Position numbers and translations under genes: made by a program
The notes under the pieces: model-generated
What the model was told of the DNA's origin: nothing
What the model saw: only the letters and a program-made list of their open reading frames with translations
Databases searched by the model: none
Shown: piece by piece, positions 17,037-22,049 of the stretch
How the letters are laid out: each line of letters opens with the position of its first letter
Numbering within the stretch: position 1 is the stretch's first letter
Assembly: GCA_048940645.1 (NCBI GenBank)
Contig: JBHLOI010000057.1
Span: forward strand, 1 to 22,049
Reading direction: 5' to 3'
Source: Promethearchaeota archaeon
Lineage (GTDB): Archaea; Asgardarchaeota; Lokiarchaeia; Sigyniarchaeales; SOKP01
DNA: 22,049 nt

Positions 17037-17501
17037 ATGGAAAAACTAATAAGATATGTCTCAGAAAAAGATTTAGATTTTTTAAGAGAGATTTATCTTC
17101 ATGATGTAGAAGATAATAAGCAAAGAGCAAAGACATTTGCTGAAGATTTGATTTTCCGATTAAAAACAATTATTTGTGAAATCAATAGTGAAATAATTGG
17201 AACTCTTTCTTGGGATACTCGAGGTGGCTTAAATGATGGTGTTATTGAACTCATCGGGTTGGGAGTATCACAAAATTATAGAAGACAAGGTATAGCAGAA
17301 GAATTAGTTTTAACTTTAATAAATGAAGCCAAAAACTTTTTTAAAGTAGAGGGTTATAAATTAAGGGTTATTTACTTTTTCATGGAACGAGAAAATAAAG
17401 GGGGTCGAGCGTTTTACAAACATATGGGATTTCGTGAAGTTTCAATTATTCCCGCTTTTTATCCTCATGATGATGCTGTGTTATGGATTAAATATTTCTA
17501 G
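17037..17501 (+). CDS. GNAT-family N-acetyltransferase
   Basis: V..NYRRQGIA acetyl-CoA motif; N..GRAFYKHMGF. Confidence 0.9.
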   Translation: MEKLIRYVSEKDLDFLREIYLHDVEDNKQRAKTFAEDLIFRLKTIICEINSEIIGTLSWDTRGGLNDGVIELIGLGVSQNYRRQGIAEELVLTLINEAKNFFKVEGYKLRVIYFFMERENKGGRAFYKHMGFREVSIIPAFYPHDDAVLWIKYF

Positions 17502-17650
17502 TTTACAGTAAGACTTCTAATTAATTTATCTCATTATTTTCTATTATAAGCTCTTCACCATAAATTTCTGCATCAATTTTAAAATCCCCATGATTAATTT
17601 AAATGAAATGGGACATAATTTTCCTTATAAATTAAGTGGTTAAAGTAAAA

Positions 17651-19363
17651 ATGAAAAATATAGAAATCGCTAAAATTCTCTATGAAATCGCTGAGCTCTT
17701 AGAATTTAATGAAGTAGTATACAAACCAAGAGCATATAGAAGAGCAGCCCAAAATATAGAGATGTTATCTGAGGATATTATTGGTATATATAAAAAAGGA
17801 AGATTAGATGATATTCCGGGAGTAGGAAAGAGTATAGCATCTAAAATACAAGAATATATTGAAACAGGAGATTTAAAATATTTAAATGATTTAAGGAGTC
17901 AAATCCCCCATGGACTACAGAATTTGTTAAGAGTAGAAGGAATTGGCCCAAAAACAGCACAAATTTTACATAAAGAACTTGCAATTAAGAATATTGATGA
18001 ATTAGAATTAGCTATAAAAAAAGGTAAGTTGCAAAATATTAAAGGCTTTGGAAAGAAAAAAGAAGAAAATCTTCTAAAAGCAATTGAACTATTTAAAACA
18101 TCCCAAGAAAGGTTTCTATTAGGAGATATCTTGCCTATAGCTAAATATATTAAATCAAAATTAAAAAATTTAAAAACAGTTATTAAAGTTGAATTTGCAG
18201 GGTCTATAAGGAGAAGGAAAGAAACAATAGGAGATATCGACCTTTTAGTGGTTTCTAACCAACCTAAAAATGTTATGGAGTTTTTTACTAAATTACCAGA
18301 AATAAAGAATATTGTTTCAAGTGGAGAGATAAAAAGTACAATTGTCCTCAATAATAATATTCAAGTTGATTTAACCATTGTTGAAGATTCTAGCTATGGT
18401 TCAGCCCTTCAATATTTTACAGGATCAAAGGAACACAATATTCAATTAAGAGAATTAGCCAAAAAAAGTAATTTGAAACTAAATGAATTTGGTCTTTTTA
18501 ATTTAAATAATAACAAAAAGATTGCAGGTACTACTGAGACAGAGATCTACGAGTCATTAGGTTTAAGCTATATCCAACCAGAATTAAGGGAGAATCGTGG
18601 GGAATTAGACCTTGCCAAAACTAAAAGGCTTCCAAAGTTAGTAGAACTTAAGGATATTAAAGGAGATTTACACATTCATACAAAATGGAGCGATGGTTCT
18701 AATTCAATTGAAGAAATGGCTATAGCCGCCAAAAATCTAGGATACAAATACATTTCTATTTGCGATCATTCAAAGACTCTAAAAATTGCAGGAGGATTGA
18801 ATGAAAACGATTTAAGAGCTCAGATGAGTGAAATCGAAAAAGTAAATCGCAAATTAGAAGATTTTAGAATTTTATCGGGTATTGAGGTTAATATTGATTC
18901 AGAAGGGAATTTAGACTTAAATAATTCTATATTAAAGGATTTGGATTTTGTAGTTGCTAGTATTCATTCTGGCTTTAAAAAAAGTGAGCGAATTTTAATC
19001 AATAGAGTATTAAATGCAATACATAATGATTACGTTAATTGTATTGGTCATCCATCTGGAAGAATAATTAACAAAAGAGCTCCAGCCATCTTAAATTTCT
19101 CAGAAATATTTGAAGAAGCCGAAAAACTCAATGTATTTTTAGAAATTAATGCCTTTCCTGATCGTTTAGATTTATCTGATCTCAATTGTTTTAAAGCAAG
19201 GGAACGTAATATTTACTTTTCGATCGGTAGTGATGCTCATAATCTTAATCAATTAAACTTTATGGATTATGGTGTTGCTGTTGCTAGAAGAGGCTGGTTA
19301 GAAAGTAAACGTATATTAAATGCGATGGATCTAAAGCAATTAAAGAAAAGTTTAGGGCTTTAA
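17651..19363 (+). CDS. polX: DNA polymerase X with PHP 3'-5' exonuclease domain
   Basis: HhH repeats (IPGVG, VEGIGPK, IKGFG), AGSIRR, GDIDLL, QVDL, YFTGSKEHN; PHP motifs HIHT, DH, GIE, SIH, GHP, SDAH; alternative start GTG 17636. Confidence 0.95.
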   Translation: MKNIEIAKILYEIAELLEFNEVVYKPRAYRRAAQNIEMLSEDIIGIYKKGRLDDIPGVGKSIASKIQEYIETGDLKYLNDLRSQIPHGLQNLLRVEGIGPKTAQILHKELAIKNIDELELAIKKGKLQNIKGFGKKKEENLLKAIELFKTSQERFLLGDILPIAKYIKSKLKNLKTVIKVEFAGSIRRRKETIGDIDLLVVSNQPKNVMEFFTKLPEIKNIVSSGEIKSTIVLNNNIQVDLTIVEDSSYGSALQYFTGSKEHNIQLRELAKKSNLKLNEFGLFNLNNNKKIAGTTETEIYESLGLSYIQPELRENRGELDLAKTKRLPKLVELKDIKGDLHIHTKWSDGSNSIEEMAIAAKNLGYKYISICDHSKTLKIAGGLNENDLRAQMSEIEKVNRKLEDFRILSGIEVNIDSEGNLDLNNSILKDLDFVVASIHSGFKKSERILINRVLNAIHNDYVNCIGHPSGRIINKRAPAILNFSEIFEEAEKLNVFLEINAFPDRLDLSDLNCFKARERNIYFSIGSDAHNLNQLNFMDYGVAVARRGWLESKRILNAMDLKQLKKSLGL

Positions 19364-19435
19364 ATATGAAATAAATAATCCTGTGAGAAAATCATATTTT
19401 TCAACCCAAAATTAAAAGAGAAGGATGTTAAAAGT

Positions 19436-21322
19436 ATGGTAAACAAAAGAGAAGTTGTCCAAAAATTAGAAGATTTAATTAGATACCATCGTAATCTCTA
19501 TTACAACAAGCAACCTGAGATAAGCGATGAAGAATATGATGCTTTAGTGGATGAGTTAAATAAACTTAATCCAAATAATAAAATTTTCTCTGAAATTGGA
19601 AAAGATTCCGCAGCTGGATTTATAAAAAGAAAGCATGTAATTTTTATGAATTCACAATCTAAAATTAATACTCCTAATGAATTATTAAAATGGAATAAAA
19701 AAATTTCGTGTTCTATATTAGTCGTGCAATTAAAACTTGATGGTATTTCAATTGAAGTTCAATATATAAACGGTGTGCAAACATTTTCTGTCACTAGGGG
19801 CGATGGTGAAATTGGAGATGATATTACTAAAAATGTTAAAAAAATGCATGGTTATCTTCCAAAAGTGGATGATAATTTTTCAGGAGCTGTAAGAGCAGAA
19901 ATTATATTAACTCGCAATATTTTTAAAAAAAAATATTCCCAACAATATGCAAATTGTAGAAATACCGCATCTGGTATTAGTAAAAGAAAAGATGGTCATG
20001 GTTGTGAAGATTTGTCACTAATATATTACGATGCATTAAGTATTAACGATAAAACTAAGTTTGATAATGAAATCGATAAAATTGAATGGATGAAAAAACA
20101 GAAATTTAATGTAATTGAAACTAAAACCTTTGAAAATGTGGAGGAAATTGTAAAATATCGTGAAAATGTGATTAGAATAAGAAAACAATTGAATTTTGAT
20201 ATTGATGGTCTTGTTATAAAATGTAATGAAATTGATCTTGAAGACATGAACCGAATTACTCCAATGAGACAAGTTGCATTTAAATTTCCTTCACAATCAG
20301 TAGTTTCGGTTTTAAAGGATGTAGAATGGAGTATTAGTGGTGGAACGTTTACGCCTGTAGCAATTATTGATGAGGTCGAAATAGGAGGTACGAAAGTAAG
20401 ACGTGCTTCATTATCAAATCCTGATGAAATTAAACGATTAGGATTGAAATTGGGATCAATCATAATGGTTACAAAACGGGGGGATATTATTCCTAAAGTT
20501 GAAAAAGTTGTTGAAAACCCTTCTACCACAAAAAGTATCATATATCCAATTTTATGTAAATCCTGTGGTACAAAATTAAAAAATATTGGAGTAAAACTAT
20601 ACTGTCCGAATGAAAGTTGTCCTAGTAAAGAATTTCATAGACTCGAAGTATGGATTAGAGTTTTAGGGGTAAAAAATTTTGGAGAAAAATTATTAAGAAA
20701 ATTGTATAACACCAATAAAATTAAAAAAATCGCGGATTTATATGATTTAAAAGTTGAGGATATTTCGAAATTAGAAGGTCAAGGGAAAAGATCCGCAGAA
20801 ATTGCTTTAGGAAATTTATTTAAAATAAAAGAAATCTCTTTATCAAAATTTATTGCTGCTTTTAACATTGAAAACATAGGAGAATCAATTGCTAAACTTA
20901 TAACAGATGCGGGTTATGAAAAACTTGATTCTATTAAAAATGCTAAAATCCATGAATTAGCGAAAATTGAGGGAATAGGTGAAATAAACGCAGAAACTAT
21001 TATTGATGGTATCAATAAACTTTATAATGAAATGATTTCTGTTTTAAAAAAAAGTATTATTAAAATTAAGGAACCTTCAAAAGGACAGTTAAACGGAAAG
21101 TCATTTTGTTTCACAGGGGCGCTAAAATCAATGACACGAGATCAAGCAAAAACTTTATTGGAAGAAAAAGGTGCAATATTTAAGAATAGCGTAGTAAAAA
21201 ACTTAGATTATTTAATTACTAATGATCCCCATTCTGGGAGTGAAAAGAATCTAAAAGCTAAAGAATATGGTATTAAAATTATAACTGAAGAACAGTTTTT
21301 AAATATTTTAAAATCAAACTAA
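19436..21322 (+). CDS. ligA: NAD+-dependent DNA ligase
   Basis: Ia domain YY...P.ISD.EYD, KLDG adenylation motif, TRGDG..G.DIT, RN.A.G, DGLVIK, AFKF, OB fold, GDIIP, C4 zinc finger, HhH, C-terminal BRCT. Confidence 0.96.
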   Translation: MVNKREVVQKLEDLIRYHRNLYYNKQPEISDEEYDALVDELNKLNPNNKIFSEIGKDSAAGFIKRKHVIFMNSQSKINTPNELLKWNKKISCSILVVQLKLDGISIEVQYINGVQTFSVTRGDGEIGDDITKNVKKMHGYLPKVDDNFSGAVRAEIILTRNIFKKKYSQQYANCRNTASGISKRKDGHGCEDLSLIYYDALSINDKTKFDNEIDKIEWMKKQKFNVIETKTFENVEEIVKYRENVIRIRKQLNFDIDGLVIKCNEIDLEDMNRITPMRQVAFKFPSQSVVSVLKDVEWSISGGTFTPVAIIDEVEIGGTKVRRASLSNPDEIKRLGLKLGSIIMVTKRGDIIPKVEKVVENPSTTKSIIYPILCKSCGTKLKNIGVKLYCPNESCPSKEFHRLEVWIRVLGVKNFGEKLLRKLYNTNKIKKIADLYDLKVEDISKLEGQGKRSAEIALGNLFKIKEISLSKFIAAFNIENIGESIAKLITDAGYEKLDSIKNAKIHELAKIEGIGEINAETIIDGINKLYNEMISVLKKSIIKIKEPSKGQLNGKSFCFTGALKSMTRDQAKTLLEEKGAIFKNSVVKNLDYLITNDPHSGSEKNLKAKEYGIKIITEEQFLNILKSN

Positions 21323-21432
21323 AAATATGGTTGTTTTTTAATGGAGGATCACCACTTTAAGAGCAAAATATATAAATTAAACCTCTTTCTAATTATATCC
21401 CAAATACCAATAAAAATAATGGGTGATTTTTA

Positions 21433-22049
21433 ATGGAAAATCTTGATACTCTTGAAAGAATTGCAAAAGAAAATTTAAGTATAGCAAAAAATGAAAAAAG
21501 GGTTGCAATAGATTCTAAAAATATAGCGAAATTTGAAATAAAAAAAGCTAAAGCTAGAGAAACACTCGTAAAAAAAGAACTTGAATTAGCAAAAATCAGA
21601 AGAGATTTAGCCGAAGAGACAACAGAATTAATAAATAGTAAAATGAAAGCTAAAGAGCTATTAAATTTGTCGGATTCTGGACTGAAAATTGAAAAAGATC
21701 AAGCCGTTTTTAACGAAAAAGTGGCTGATATCCAAGAAGAAATCGCAGAAATTCATAAAAAAATTGCGAAAACCGAAAAAGATATAGCTGAAGAAAATAA
21801 AAAATTAATGAATGAAAAAATAGAAGTTGCAAAAGAAAGAGAGAAATTAGGAAATAGACAATTATCTTATATCAAACTTGTTAGAAGTTCAGCAATAGAA
21901 GAAAAGATATCTTCCGCTAAAGACGATTATCTTTCTCAACAAAAAAATTTAAATAAAGCTGAGGATAAGGTTATAGAGAAGAATGAAGATCTAAAAAAAT
22001 TACAAAATAAATTATCTGATTTAAAAAGAGAACTATCTATAAAATTATC
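21433..22049 (+). CDS. All-alpha coiled-coil protein, truncated by the window end (not in the ORF track)
   Basis: GGGTGA-TTTTTA-ATG 21433; frame MENLDTLERIAKENLSIAKNEKRVA... has no stop up to 22049 (about 205 codons); E/K/A/I-rich heptads. Confidence 0.85.
   Translation, partial: MENLDTLERIAKENLSIAKNEKRVAIDSKNIAKFEIKKAKARETLVKKELELAKIRRDLAEETTELINSKMKAKELLNLSDSGLKIEKDQAVFNEKVADIQEEIAEIHKKIAKTEKDIAEENKKLMNEKIEVAKEREKLGNRQLSYIKLVRSSAIEEKISSAKDDYLSQQKNLNKAEDKVIEKNEDLKKLQNKLSDLKRELSIKL

Noticed and set aside
21341-21433. 30-codon ORF (MEDHHFK...) ending in a TAATG overlap with the last gene
   Set aside because: No RBS, spans the probable promoter of the downstream gene, and its ending is explained by that gene's RBS

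Overview
AT-rich archaeal chromosomal segment. Evidence for archaeal origin: tRNA without encoded CCA, GGTGA-type ribosome-binding sites, TATA-like promoters, DUF166, archaeal-type MoaA and two MoeA paralogues. The gene style suggests Asgard/Lokiarchaeia, which is inference only. Left to right: tRNA-Leu(CAG); a convergent P1B-2 (Zn/Cd-type) ATPase with an unusual C-terminal Cys/His domain; DUF166; an atypical APH/kinase-fold phosphotransferase; a coupled pair of coiled-coil + winged-helix proteins; a small membrane protein; tupABC tungstate uptake; a pterin-cofactor operon (moaC-moaA-moaD-moaE-moeA-moaB-moeA); a MoxR AAA+ ATPase and VWA protein; a GNAT; PolX-PHP; an NAD+-dependent DNA ligase; and a coiled-coil ORF truncated by the window end. 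Four signals stand out. (1) The MoxR/VWA junction has a G_GAT_TTT heptamer, a 6-nt spacer and a hairpin with the -1 frame open, suggesting a programmed -1 frameshift giving a ChlD-like fusion, or alternatively an ATA start. (2) Two copies of a ModE-box-like 24-bp element precede tupA and moaC. (3) The coiled-coil/winged-helix gene pair looks like a heterodimer. (4) Two genes probably start at non-canonical ATA codons.
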